34,069 nt of DNA from the NCBI RefSeq assembly GCF_001194135.2, contig NC_069002.1, positions 13,441,088 through 13,475,156 of the forward strand. The letters run 5' to 3'. The notes below the pieces were generated by a model. The model made no database searches. It was not told the origin of the DNA and worked only from the letters and a program-made list of their open reading frames with translations. Below, piece by piece: positions 1 to 10,730 of this stretch. Source of the DNA: Octopus bimaculoides (lineage: Eukaryota). A program made the position numbers and the translations under genes. The stretch's first letter is position 1; every line of letters begins with the position of its first letter.

Positions 1-68
1 TATATATATATACATATATATATATAAACATACATACATTTATATATACACACATATATATATACATA

Positions 69-105
<37 letters not shown>

Positions 106-133
106 CACATATATACATACAAACACATATATA

Positions 134-320
134 TTGCTTGACAACCAGTGTTGGTGTGTTTAAGTCACCCTAACTTAGCAGTTCGGCAAAAGAGACTGAT
201 AGAATAAGTACTAGGTGTAAAAAATAAGTCCTGGGGTTGTTTTGTTCAAATAAAACCCTCTAAGGCAATGCTCCAGCATGGCTGCAGTCAAATGACTGAA
301 ACAAGTAAAAGAATAAAAGG
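134..320 (+). mobile_element. SINE family A, 3' half (follows (TA)n at 1-133)
   Basis: Matches the 3' half of the 10234-10730 copy and ends in the GTAAAAGA-type tail. Confidence 0.85.
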
Positions 321-619
321 ACATATATATATATCAATGTTTTATTTTATGTCCAGTTATAATAAAAACAATTTTTGATATTTTTTGGAGAGAATATATT
401 TATTATTATTTAACAAGAACATTGTTGACAACCCAAAATTTGATGTCACTGTCAACACTATTCTTCATAATGAATAATGTATACATCTATGCACACACAT
501 ACACACAGGTGTGTGAGCATGTCTGTGTGCCTGTAACGTCACGCTTGTTCTTTAACTTTATAAACTTGAAATTTCTTTTGAATGTCAAGCTAATAATTTT
601 AACTGCAGATGTTCCTTGG

Positions 620-980
620 ACTTTGCTTCCCAACCACATGGTTCTGGGTTCAGTCCCACTGCATGGTACTCTCTGCTGTCTTCTACTATAGCCTCAGGCT
701 GACCAAAGCCTTGTAAGTGGATTTGGTAGAAGCCTGTCATATATATGTGTATGATTATATATCTGTGAGTGTATATATCTGTTTTTGTCCCCCTACCAAC
801 CACAACTCGACAACTAGTGTTGGTGTATTTATGTCCCCGTAACTTAATGATTTGGCAAAAGAGACCAATAAAATAAGTTCAAGGTTTTACAAAAAAATTA
901 TAAGTAATGGGGATTGAGTAGTTCAACTAAATCTCTTCAAGGTGGTGCCCCAGCATAGCCACAATTTAATGACTGAAATA
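620..980 (+). mobile_element. SINE family A, diverged copy
   Basis: tRNA-like head with B-box GGTTCAGTCCC, internal TA/TG microsatellite and the family 3' body. Confidence 0.85.
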
Positions 981-1098
981 ATCTCTCGTATCTAGAAAAA
1001 AATTATTTAAGCATCCTTGCTATCTTTTGTAGATGGTTGAGTGTGGATTTTAGAGAAAGCTGGCTGCTATTTCTAGCAGATTGTGCAATCATCTAGAG

Positions 1099-1377
1099 CA
1101 GGGGTTTTCAAACTTTTTGACTTGCGGACCCATTTATATTTCAGGCTTTACCTTAGGAACCCCCTTATAAACGCTTATGAAATTTATACATAAATATTTG
1201 CTTAAAATAACATATATTTTTACATTTATTTATTTATTTAACAGTATTTAACAAATAGGTTTATTGCCAATTAAAAGATTTCGATTAAAAAACATATCTA
1301 AAATCAAATTGCCCATAAAAAGTATTTGCTGTCCACGGACCCCCTGTGGTCCACGGACCACAGTTTGAAAACCCCTG
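1099..1377. mobile_element. hAT (Charlie-type) MITE, 279 bp, intact ends
   Basis: Perfect 16-bp TIRs CAGGGGTTTTCAAACT (1099-1114 / 1362-1377) and an 8-bp TSD ATCTAGAG (1091-1098 / 1378-1385), which fits the NTCTAGAN target of Charlie-type hATs. Confidence 0.95.
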
Positions 1378-1935
1378 ATCTAGAGGACCCCTCTTGATTT
1401 TGTTTCATATGCTGAATTGTTGTTGTGCAGACTTCAGATCAATCTTGACTGCACACAGATTATTGGGAAACTGTCTACTTCGGTTTCAGTTTTTCTATTC
1501 ACTAACGCACACCTGTCAGCAAGTTGAATGCATCCAGGCACAGCTGAATACCCGCTGGTACGATTTCAAATCATTCAACTGTAAAGTGAGAATCTATGAG
1601 TGTGTAATGAGACACAAAGAAGCCAGCGCCATTTTCAAACAGCGAGATCTTGCCTGAAACCATTGCCATACACAAGACAAAAACGAGATCTCGCCTACAA
1701 CCATTATCTAAGGAAAAGATAACATTTTCCCTCTCGTTCTTCTCACGCTGATGCTGATCACAGGACTTCGAAGCCAGGAGCTCACAGAAGACTTTTGTCC
1801 CGTTGTGATACTACATGCATTGTCTCCAGAAGTTATTGAACCTCATGTGTATGGGAGAGAAGGCTAAATATGCACTGCTGTGAAGATGGTTACTGAAAAC
1901 AAACCCCTTGTATGAAGCACCTGTGAATAAACGGT

Positions 1936-2346
1936 TACTCTCTTTTACTCTTTTACTTGTTTCAGTCATTTGACTGTGGCCATGCTGGAGCACCGCCTTT
2001 AGTCAAGAAAATCGACCCCAGGACTTATTCTTTGGAAGCCTAGTACTTATTCTTTCGGTCTCTTTTTGCTGAACCGCTAAGTTACGGGGACGTAAACACT
2101 CCAGCATCGGTTGTCAAGCGATGGTGGGGGGACAAACACAGACACACAAACACATATATATATATATATANNNNNNNNNNTACGATGGGCTTTTTTCAGT
2201 TTCCGCCTACCAAATCCACTCATAAGGCTTTGGTCAGCCCGAGGCTATAGTAGAAGACACTTGCCCAAAGTGCCACGCAGTGGGACTGAACACGGAACCA
2301 TGCGGTTGGTAAGCAAGCTACTTACCACACAGCCACTCCTGCGCCT
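1936..2346 (-). mobile_element. SINE family A, full-length, low divergence
   Basis: Head GGCGCAGGAGTGGCTGTGTGGTAAG, internal (TA)n containing a gap, tail GTAAAAGAGTAAAAGAG. Confidence 0.92.
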
Positions 2347-2358
2347 ATAAAAAAGAAG

Positions 2359-2410
2359 TTCCCATGCCGGGAATCGAACCCGGGCCGCCTGGGTGAAAGC
2401 CAGGAATCCT
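2359..2410 (-). pseudogene. 5'-truncated tRNA-Glu(TTC) pseudogene
   Basis: Minus strand AGGATTCCTGGCTTTCACCCAGGCGGCCCGGGTTCGATTCCCGGCATGGGAA gives an anticodon arm (loop CTTTCAC), T-arm and 3' acceptor strand of metazoan tRNA-Glu. The first ~20 nt (A-box) are absent, there is no CCA, and CTTCTTTTTT follows. Confidence 0.88.
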
Positions 2411-3237
2411 TGAATTTATTGAATTTACTCTACCTGAGAACTTCATTCTTTGTATTTCTACCTCCTTGAATCAACTGAATAATTATAATGGAAGATGATA
2501 CCCCAGAAGTATCATAAAAAACCTTCCTCCCATTACAAGTGTATCAAATGCAATCGAGCAGAGACACCCTTCATAAGAGACATGACACAATGTGATGTAT
2601 TAAGCAAATGGCACTTTAACACTAACGTTTAAATTCATAATGGTGTTGTGTGTGTGAGTGGGGTGAGTAGTACATGAGTTTGTATGTGAGAGTGAGGGTG
2701 TTTAAAAATGCACATTGTTATTAGAAAAGGAAGTAAGCAATCTGGGGATCAATTAGATAAAAGAAACTTTGCTACACTAAATATAACAGGATCTTGTGGG
2801 CTGAATATTCCAAGAATTATATTGAAATAAATTCTGTGAATTAAGAACACACACACACATACATACAAAACCATACTCATGCATACTAATGTATGTGTAT
2901 ATGTACATGTAAGTATGTTTGTATGTATGTGTGTGTATGTCTGTTCCCTTTTGTTTTTCAGTATTTGAAGCCTTCTTGTAAGAAAGGACCTGATTTCTAA
3001 CAAAGCTACAAAGCCCCATTGTTGAAATGCAGATAACAAAAGCAAATTCATATTTTGAACTTGAGTAAGTTTTACTGTTCTGCTCACAGAATGCATGGAA
3101 ATGTGCAAGTTAGCGAGTTGATTCCTTTTTCTGCAAACCCTACCTTATCCAGATTGTCACTCAGTCATTTTCACACATATATAGATATACATGCACAAAT
3201 ACATATGCACACACATATATACTAATATATAAATATT

Positions 3238-3628
3238 GTGTTGCTGTTGCTGTTGGCACTCCGTTGCTTATGAAGTCGAGGGTTCCAGTTGATCCGATCA
3301 ACGGAACAGCCTGCTCATGAAATTAACGTGCAAGTGGCTGAGCACTCCACAGACACGTGTAGCCTTAACGTAGTTCTCGGGGATATTCAGCGTGACACAG
3401 TGTGACAAGGCTGACCCTTTGAATTACAGGCACAACAGAAACAGGAAGAGTTAGAGAAAGTTGTGGTGAAAGAGTACAGCAGGGTTCGCCACCATCTCCT
3501 GCCGGAGCCTCGAGGAGCTTTAAGTGTTTTCGCTCAATAAACACTCACAACGCTCGGTCTGGGAATCGAAACCGCGATCCTATGACTGCGAGTCCGCTGC
3601 CCTAACCACTGGGCCATTGCACCTCCAC
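3238..3628 (-). mobile_element. SINE family B (tRNA head, ~390 bp, (CAA)n-like tail)
   Basis: Near-identical to the copies at 7973, 13876, 19292 and 23949. A-box TGGCCCAGTGG and B-box GGTTTCGATTCC. Confidence 0.92.
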
Positions 3629-3867
3629 TTATATAAATACACACAGACACACACACATATATACATATACAAATATACACACACATACTCACCTTGTAAC
3701 TTGAGAGTACACTCTGACATGTCATCACCAACATCTCTATCTTCTTCCTAGTTATTCCCCCTACTCCTCTATAAGACGGCCATCATCATCATCTTCCAGT
3801 TTAATGTATTTGGCTCATGTAATAAATTTTATGTGCAGACTCTGTGTGTATGTGTGTGTGTTTAGAT

Positions 3868-4263
3868 GCAGGTATGGCTGTGCGGTAAGAAGTTTGCTTT
3901 TTAACCACATGGTTCTCGGTTCAGTCCCACTGCATGGAACCTTGGACAAGTGTCTTCTATTATAGCCTCAGGTCGATCAAAGCCTTGTGAGTGGATTTGG
4001 TAGATGGAAACTGAAAGAAGCCCATTGTATATATGTGTGTATGTGTATGTGTCTGTGTGTTTTTGTACCTGTGTTTGTCCTCTACCACTACTTGACAACC
4101 GCCGTTGGCATGTTTACATCACTGTAACTTAGCAGTTCAGCAAAAGAGACAGATAGAACGAAAAACCAGGGGTCACTTCATTCAACTAAAAGTTCTTCAA
4201 AGTGGTGCTCCAGCATGGCCATAGTCTAATGACTGAAACAAGTAAACGATAAAAAGATAAAGA
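3868..4263 (+). mobile_element. SINE family A
   Basis: Same head, internal microsatellite and tail architecture as the other family A copies. Confidence 0.88.
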
Positions 4264-4427
4264 TATCGTTATCAGGTGTATTCACTGATATATTTCTCGT
4301 CATACATTTGTGTTGAAAAACAAAACCACGTGAGCAGAATTTAGGTAGGTTGAAATATGCTTGTCACATATTTCAAATGCTAAAATGGCAGACACATTGC
4401 AGTTGGCATTGAGAAAAGAAATCTCTC

Positions 4428-4598
4428 TTATGGGTAAAAAGGTGTGAAAACACTGGTTTGTTCAATGTTGTCCTCTATTAGGTATCTCAGACATTGATGT
4501 ATTAAGTTTTTGGCTCTTGTCAATGAGATGTACTTTGCCGTAGGGAAGTTGTCTGCCTTATCAGTCAACAGATGGTGCTCTGTTGAACAGAAAATGCT
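4428..4598 (-). CDS. Candidate terminal exon (56 aa + stop)
   Basis: ttcttactcatgaacag|AGC opens a phase-0 frame (SIFCSTEHH...TPFYP*) in non-repetitive sequence. The acceptor is weak and there is no homology evidence. Confidence 0.2.
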   Translation of the reverse strand, partial: SIFCSTEHHLLTDKADNFPTAKYISLTRAKNLIHQCLRYLIEDNIEQTSVFTPFYP

Positions 4599-4891
4599 CT
4601 GTTCATGAGTAAGAATTGTTTTGACTCTTATTTCTAGCCATGCTGGTCCTAACTTGCAACCTTGGTCACTTTTAGTGACAATTGTATTTGTGCCTTTTGG
4701 TTTTAAATTGCGTCTAGCCACTTAAATAATTTACAAATTTCACTTTACCATTTTACTGAATCAGTCCCTGACTGCTATGGTATTTTCTATAAACTCACAA
4801 GGTGAGTTAGCTTTGTGGGTAAGAGTTGTTTTGACTTATTTCTAACACTGCTGGGGCTAACTTGCACCCTTAGTCACTTTTAGTGATGACA

Positions 4892-4955
4892 ACCCATGCT
4901 AGCATGAAAAGCGGACACTAAACGACGACGATGATGATGATGATGATGATGATAT
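4892..4955 (+). mobile_element. RTE LINE/SINE 3' tail fragment with (GAT)n
   Basis: CAACCCATGCTAGCATG...AAACGACGACGATGAT, the same terminus as the RTE at 21330-21975. Confidence 0.75.
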
Positions 4956-5146
4956 AATTTATTATATGTATTTATTTTCTCTTAGTTAATAATTAACTCC
5001 GACAAAATAAATTGGTTAATAAATACCAGGGTAGCAAAGATCACAGAATGACTGTGGTGTAACTCCTGTTTATGAGGTAGATACTCCCTGTTATTTTGGG
5101 TATTTGAGTAAATATAAAAATTTAATAAATGGAGTAATATGCATAT

Positions 5147-5243
5147 GTTAAATGAATTCTTTTATTTCTGACATATGTTTCCTTTGGAAGGAACCATTCG
5201 TAATCTTCGAAACATATGTCGGAAATAAAAGAATTCATTTAAC
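5147..5243. repeat. 35-bp inverted repeat with 27-nt loop
   Basis: Arms 5147-5181 and 5209-5243 differ at one position. The right arm abuts an N-gap. Confidence 0.85.
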
Positions 5244-5439
5244 NNNNNNNNNNATATATATATATATATAAGCGTGTGTATACATATCATCATCATTTCA
5301 CAACTATCTTCCATGCTGTATATACATACATACATACACACACACATGCATACATAACAGGAGATTGAAAAAAAAAAATTTTGGTATTCTTTATTCACCA
5401 TTACACATTTTTCATTTGCTAATGTGCGTGTCTTCAGTC

Positions 5440-5720
5440 ACCCTGACATTTGTGTGCTGACTGTAAAACGGCCACCATTTATAAAAACAGTGTCAGTTGT
5501 CTGCAATCTGCTGTGAAAACATATCTACCCATTGAGCTGTTGATTATTTGAACATCTGGGAGGAAATATTACTTTGCCTGGAAACAAGCACTGGTCAGCA
5601 AGATGAATGAAAAGCATCTAGCTGTAGAAAAACCGCATCAATAAATTCAATCTGACACAAGGAAGCAAGGAAAAAGAAGTAAAAGCTAAAAGTGATGATG
5701 AAGATAGTGGTGATGATGAT
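5440..5720 (+). mobile_element. Old SINE-like repeat (family E) with RTE-like tail
   Basis: GGAAATATTACTTTGCCTGGAAACAAG...GCATCTAGCTGTAGAAAA...GATGATG. A reverse copy lies at ~16735-16915. Confidence 0.55.
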
Positions 5721-5805
5721 GGTGGTGGTATATGTTTATGAAACTTGCTCTGTTTTTCATATATTCCTACAAACTACTAGTGTCAGACTGTGTTTGTTAA
5801 GCAAC

Positions 5806-5845
<40 letters not shown>

Positions 5846-6019
5846 CTGGCACCCTAATTGTATGAAATCTTATCCAGTTCAATGCATGAAACTGTGTTAA
5901 ATACACCAGCTCTCTCAGTTCTCCATCCTACGCCCTACTTGACGGTTACAAGATATTTATATATAAATATGTACATACAACTCACATGTTTGTATGTAGA
6001 TAGGCACATATATGCAGAT

Positions 6020-6058
<39 letters not shown>

Positions 6059-6390
6059 AATATACATATATGTACAAACACACACACACAAGTGCACATG
6101 GAGGCTTGTTTTTGTTGTGTGCGTGTGACTGATGTTACTTGGACAAGTCTCTTTTTTTAAAATGTTGGGTGTGTCTGATTTATTTGCATATAAATATGAC
6201 ACCCACTCACCTGCAAATATACACGCACACATAGATATATATACAAACATACAAAAATATGTGTGCACATACATGTTTTCATACATTAAATCCATATACA
6301 CTTATACATGTCTACATACACTCTCCTGCCTGCACACACATGCGCACACACACATGCATACACACCTTGTTGCCATTATTGTCAAGCCTT

Positions 6391-6596
6391 AAGATGGCGA
6401 GCTGGCAGCACACCAGGCGAGATGCTTAGCAGTATTTCATCTGTCTTTACGTCCTGAGTTCAAATTCCACCGAGGTCAACTTTGTCTTTCATCCTTTCGG
6501 GATTGATGCATTAAGTACCAGTTGCATACTTGGGTCAATCTAATCGACTGGGCCTCCTCCCCCAAAATTTCAGGCCTTGTGCCTAGAGTAGAAAAG
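6391..6596 (+). mobile_element. SINE family D (tRNA head, central CTTTCATCCTTTCGGG..GAT...AAGTACCAG block)
   Basis: 16-bp TSD ATTATTGTCAAGCCTT at 6375-6390 and 6597-6612. Homologous to 31268-31489. Confidence 0.92.
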
Positions 6597-6639
6597 ATTA
6601 TTGTCAAGCCTTTCTCTTCTTTTTCAGTCTTCTTCATTT

Positions 6640-7112
6640 CACAATGAAGTGGAGCACAAATCAAGACATGACACAGTTGGCCAATATCTATACTGTTGGC
6701 ATTATAAAATCAAAACTGCTGACAAGTGATATAATCACCACCTTGGGGCTGTTTCTGAGGGAGAAAATGTAATGAATTTGGGGATTTTCCAGTACAAACA
6801 GACAGAACCATCAAAGCTAATAAACCGCATATTATTGCGGAAGACGAAAACAATAAAGCCCTTGTGATCATAAAATCTCAACAAAAGAATTTGACAAGCT
6901 CAGAAAATATAAAGATTTGCTAAATGAAATTTTTAAAATGTGGCATCCCAAGGCAGTTACAATACCAGTGATTGTTGGAGTACTAGGAATGATCAAAAAA
7001 AGGAACTGAAAATTATTTGAGAATGACCCCTAGCTTACCGTCCATGCAAGAAGTGCAGAAGATTGTTTTAGCTGGTACATTACACACATTGAGAAGAGCA
7101 TTGTTGCCGTGA
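6640..7112 (+). mobile_element. Decayed R4/Dong-type LINE C-terminus (restriction-like endonuclease domain)
   Basis: Frameshifted translation: RHDTVGQYLY...DFPVQTDRTIKANKPHII...KEFDKLRKYKDLLNEIFKMW...IPVIVGVLG...VQKIVLAGTLHTLRRALLP*. These are the RHD, P(D) and K..KY motifs of RLE-type LINEs. Confidence 0.85.
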
Positions 7113-7555
7113 GAACGATTACCACCCGTGCAAATTTTTTTTTCACATAACTTTATAAATAAACAATCTTTGTCCCAAGTGTCAGGAAGACACCTGGTAA
7201 AACATGGAAACAAAAACTGAAAGAAGGAAAACTCAATCATGATAATAACTCAGTAATGTTAAAGATAATCGCTTACCAGGAAACAGTGAAAACTAAAACT
7301 GGAAGCAATTATGAGGGCTGAGGACCAAGTGCCACTCATGTTTAAGTGGGACTTGATGCAATTATGCTGTCTTGATATGATTGGTGTTTGTGTTTATTTG
7401 ATTGAAAGAGACAAAACTGCTATGTTTGTTTCCCTTAGAGACATGGATCTCTTGAAGGTCTCCATTTATGGAATCTCAGCAAGGTTGGTGTGTGGTGTCT
7501 AAGCTTGCACGTGGTTATGGGGCAGATGGGAAACAGTATGGAGGAATGAAAGGCT

Positions 7556-7729
7556 AGATCATGTATCATTTGCATAAGAACAGTGGTCCTCCAAGCAGGC
7601 TGTAGGGACCTTGCTTGGCCAGATCATGTATCATTTTCATAAGGACAGTGGTCCTCCAAGCAGTTGGGCCTCCAAGCAGGCTGTAGGGACCTTGCTTGGC
7701 CAGATCATGTATCATTTGCATAAGGACAG
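7556..7729. repeat. Tandem repeat, 65-bp unit x ~2.4
   Basis: Units are 7556-7620, 7621-7701 (with a 16-bp internal duplication) and partial 7702-7729. Part of the unit recurs at 8862-8903. Confidence 0.92.
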
Positions 7730-7972
7730 GTGTTGACTGATGAAAAGGTAAATATGTCATTAGAGTATAGAAAGAGAAAGAAAGTGGAAGAAAACTGAGC
7801 CTTGGGGCATGCCATGGGTGATAGAGTGCTGGACAGAAAGTGCTCTGCCAACACATAACATGCTGGGGTAGGCTAATAGAAAGCACCTGATCCAAGGTGC
7901 CCACACACATGCATACATGTGTGTGTGCACGCACATACACACACACATAATAACATTATACATTAATACCGT

Positions 7973-8357
7973 TTTGTTGTTGGCACTCCGTCGCTTACGA
8001 CGTCGAGGGTTCCAGTCGATCTGATCAACGGAACAGCCTGCTCGGGAAATTAACATGCAAGTGGCTGAGTACTCCACAGACACATGTACCCTTAACGTAG
8101 TTCTCGGGGATATTCAGCGTGACACAGTGTGACAAGGCTGACCCTTTGAATTACAGGCACAACAGAAACAGGAAGTAAGAGTGAGAGAAAGTTGTGGTGG
8201 AAGAGTACAGCAGGGTTCACCACCATCCCCTGCCGGAGCCTCATGGAACTTTGGGTGTTTTCGCTCAATAAACACTCACAACGCCCGGTCTGGGAATCAA
8301 AACTGCGATCCTATGACCGCGAGTCCGCTGCCCTAACCACTGGGCCATTGCACCTCC
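7973..8357 (-). mobile_element. SINE family B, full-length
   Basis: 13-bp TSD ACATTAATACCGT at 7960-7972 and 8358-8370. Confidence 0.95.
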
Positions 8358-8767
8358 ACATTAATACCGTACAAATATACATAAATACATGATCCTAACA
8401 ACAGACTCATTTGATGTTGGATGCATACTGAACATTCCCACTAAAAAAAAAAGACAGTTAAACAGGATTGTAGTTTATCATACAGTATAAGATATAGTTA
8501 TAATTATATTCTGAAAATTAAACATTATGCATTGTGCAGGAATTAACAATTAATGGTTTCTAATTATTTTGTGAGTTACATATATTAAAATAATGATGCC
8601 AGTGTGTTGTGGCTATATATAGAAATTTATTCCTACAAAATTCCTAGAATAATGATTAACTGGCAAAATCCTGTTTTATTCATAGTAAATTATTCTCTCA
8701 TCAACTTCAAGGTTGCCAGTATCCTTTTCTCTGTTATACTCAATAGAGGCGATGACCACAAGTAACT

Positions 8768-8870
8768 GAAAAGTTCCTGGTTTTGGGTAAAAGAAAATAC
8801 AAGAGGATCAGTTAGTTATGATTTTATTCAACACATTCCCCTCTCAGATTCACACACTCATGACAGTGGT
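8768..8870 (+). mobile_element. Mariner-type terminal fragment
   Basis: GAAAAGTTCCTGGTTTTGGGTAAAAGAAAATAC matches the reverse complement of the terminus at 29165-29217 (4 mismatches in 39 bp). Confidence 0.65.
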
Positions 8871-9069
8871 CCTCCAAGCAGGCTGTAGGGACCTTGCTTG
8901 GCCCTGCCTGAGATTTCAAACCAAATCTACTCTCTTGTTGCTTGTTAAAACAAGTGGGGGGAGGGGTCCTTTGCCTCTTCACACAAGGACCTGTGCTGGT
9001 CAAGAAAAGACCAGTCCTTTGTTTAGGGTTTGACCAACATTATTGATCATAGTTTATATAACAGCACAT

Positions 9070-9320
9070 TGTGCGGGTGGCACATAAAATACACCATTTT
9101 GAGCGTGGCCGTTGCCAGTATCGCCTGACTGGCCTTCATACCGGTGACATGTAAAAACACCTACTACACTCTTGGAGTGGTTGGCGTTAGGAAGGGCATC
9201 CAGCTGTAGAAACTCTGCCAAATCAGATTGGAGCCTGGTGTAGCCTTCGGGTTCCACCAGTCCTCAGTCAAATCGTCCAACCCATGCTAGCATGGAAAGC
9301 GGACGTTAAACGACGACGAC

Positions 9321-9358
<38 letters not shown>
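9070..9358 (+). mobile_element. RTE-derived 3' UTR element (family C) with (GAT)n tail
   Basis: GGAAGGGCATCCAGCTGTAGAAACTCTGCC...GGACGTTAAACGACGATGAT, shared with the RTE at 21330-21975. Confidence 0.88.
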
Positions 9359-10233
9359 GAGCATTTCCTATCTTTTCCTGTTTTGTGTCAGCTATGACCA
9401 AGGAGCAACACTTCCCTTCATATTTCACTAGACATACAAGAAAGATGATGCCACCTTTATCCTTTCTTCCTCTCTTGTCAGCACCGTGTATTCCTTACTC
9501 TTTCACTCTGACAGCAACTTCTACACTATCAACTACCAACCAACGAGCCAACCTTTTTGTCACTGTCACTACAATTACTGCTGTCTCTCTAACCACTTGT
9601 CGGCAAACGAATAAATATATGTGAATAATATTTCTTCCTTCTTGGTGTTGATTCTTCAATGTTCTTCACTGGTTACTCCGACATGAGAACCTTCAAGTGT
9701 TACATCTACACACTACATTTGGTAGTCAGCTACATCATGGCATGTCACTTCAGCCACTACAAAACCTTTCACAATACCCTTAAAGCCAGTAACTTTCCAG
9801 TACCCTCTTGTATAATTCATACTCAGTATATGCGGTCACCACACACAACTCTGTTCATTAAAGATACATTAGTTATGTTAGCACTTTTAGTTTCCTTTTC
9901 CCACCACCACCACCCCACATCATTTTACATTTATAAAGTGACCTCCCCCCACACCACCACTATCATCAATACAGACCTATTTATTTTACAGTAAATAATT
10001 TCCTGGTTTCTGTGTCTATATTTTTGCTGGAGTCTAAGCATTGTCTCTTCAAATCACAACAAAATAAAAGATAAGTGTATGTACCATGTAAGGGCTCAGT
10101 TCCACCACTTGGTCCACAACAGAACTCATTATTAAGTTTATTTCTTATATCATTCACCACGAACTGAGCAAGTGATCAATTAGTCTCAGCTATACTTCTT
10201 GCTCCACTACCTGACTCATTATCTCATTCATCA

Positions 10234-10400
10234 CAGGCGTAAGAGTGTCTGTGTGGTAAGTAGCTTGCTTACCAACCACATGGTTCTGGGTTCAGTCCCA
10301 CTGCGTGGCACCTTGGGCGAGTGTCTTCTACTATAGCCTAGGGCCAACCAAAGCCTTGTGAGTGGATTTGGTAGACGGAAACTGAAAGAAGACCGTCGTA

Positions 10401-10498
<98 letters not shown>

Positions 10499-10730
10499 TG
10501 TGTGTGTGTCTGTGTATGTTTGTGTGTCTGTGTTTGTCCCCCCAACATCGCTTGACAACCGATGCTGGTGTGTTTACGTCCTCGTAACTTAGCGGTTCGG
10601 CCAAAACAGACCGATAGAATAAGTACTAGGCTTCCAAAGAATAAGTCCTGGGGTCGATTTGCTCGACTAAAGGCGGTGCTCCAGCATGGCCACAGTCAAA
10701 TGACTGAAACAAGTAAAAGAGTAAAAGAGT
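10234..10730 (+). mobile_element. SINE family A, full-length, with long internal (TA)n
   Basis: Complete head, ~90-bp TA run, body and GTAAAAGAGTAAAAGAGTA tail. Confidence 0.93.

Noticed and set aside
1394-1657. 87-aa + strand ORF
   Set aside because: TTG start, no recognisable domain and no consistent splice partners.
3560-3628. tRNA-like heads of SINE families A, B, D and the hammerhead SINE as functional tRNAs
   Set aside because: They keep A/B boxes but lack a paired acceptor stem and continue into SINE bodies.
7556-7729. Repeats resembling a CRISPR array
   Set aside because: These are head-to-tail tandem units with no unique spacers, in eukaryotic DNA with no cas genes.
9322-9624. Poly-Met ORF
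   Set aside because: It starts in the (GAT)n tail of an RTE element, and the remainder is low-complexity.
10231-10604. ORFs of YI/IY, VC/CV, TH/HT, RE/SL repeats (also at 5858-6392, 16000-16200, 24609-25127, 28183-28724, 33145-33611)
   Set aside because: They are translations of dinucleotide microsatellites, with no splice or homology support.
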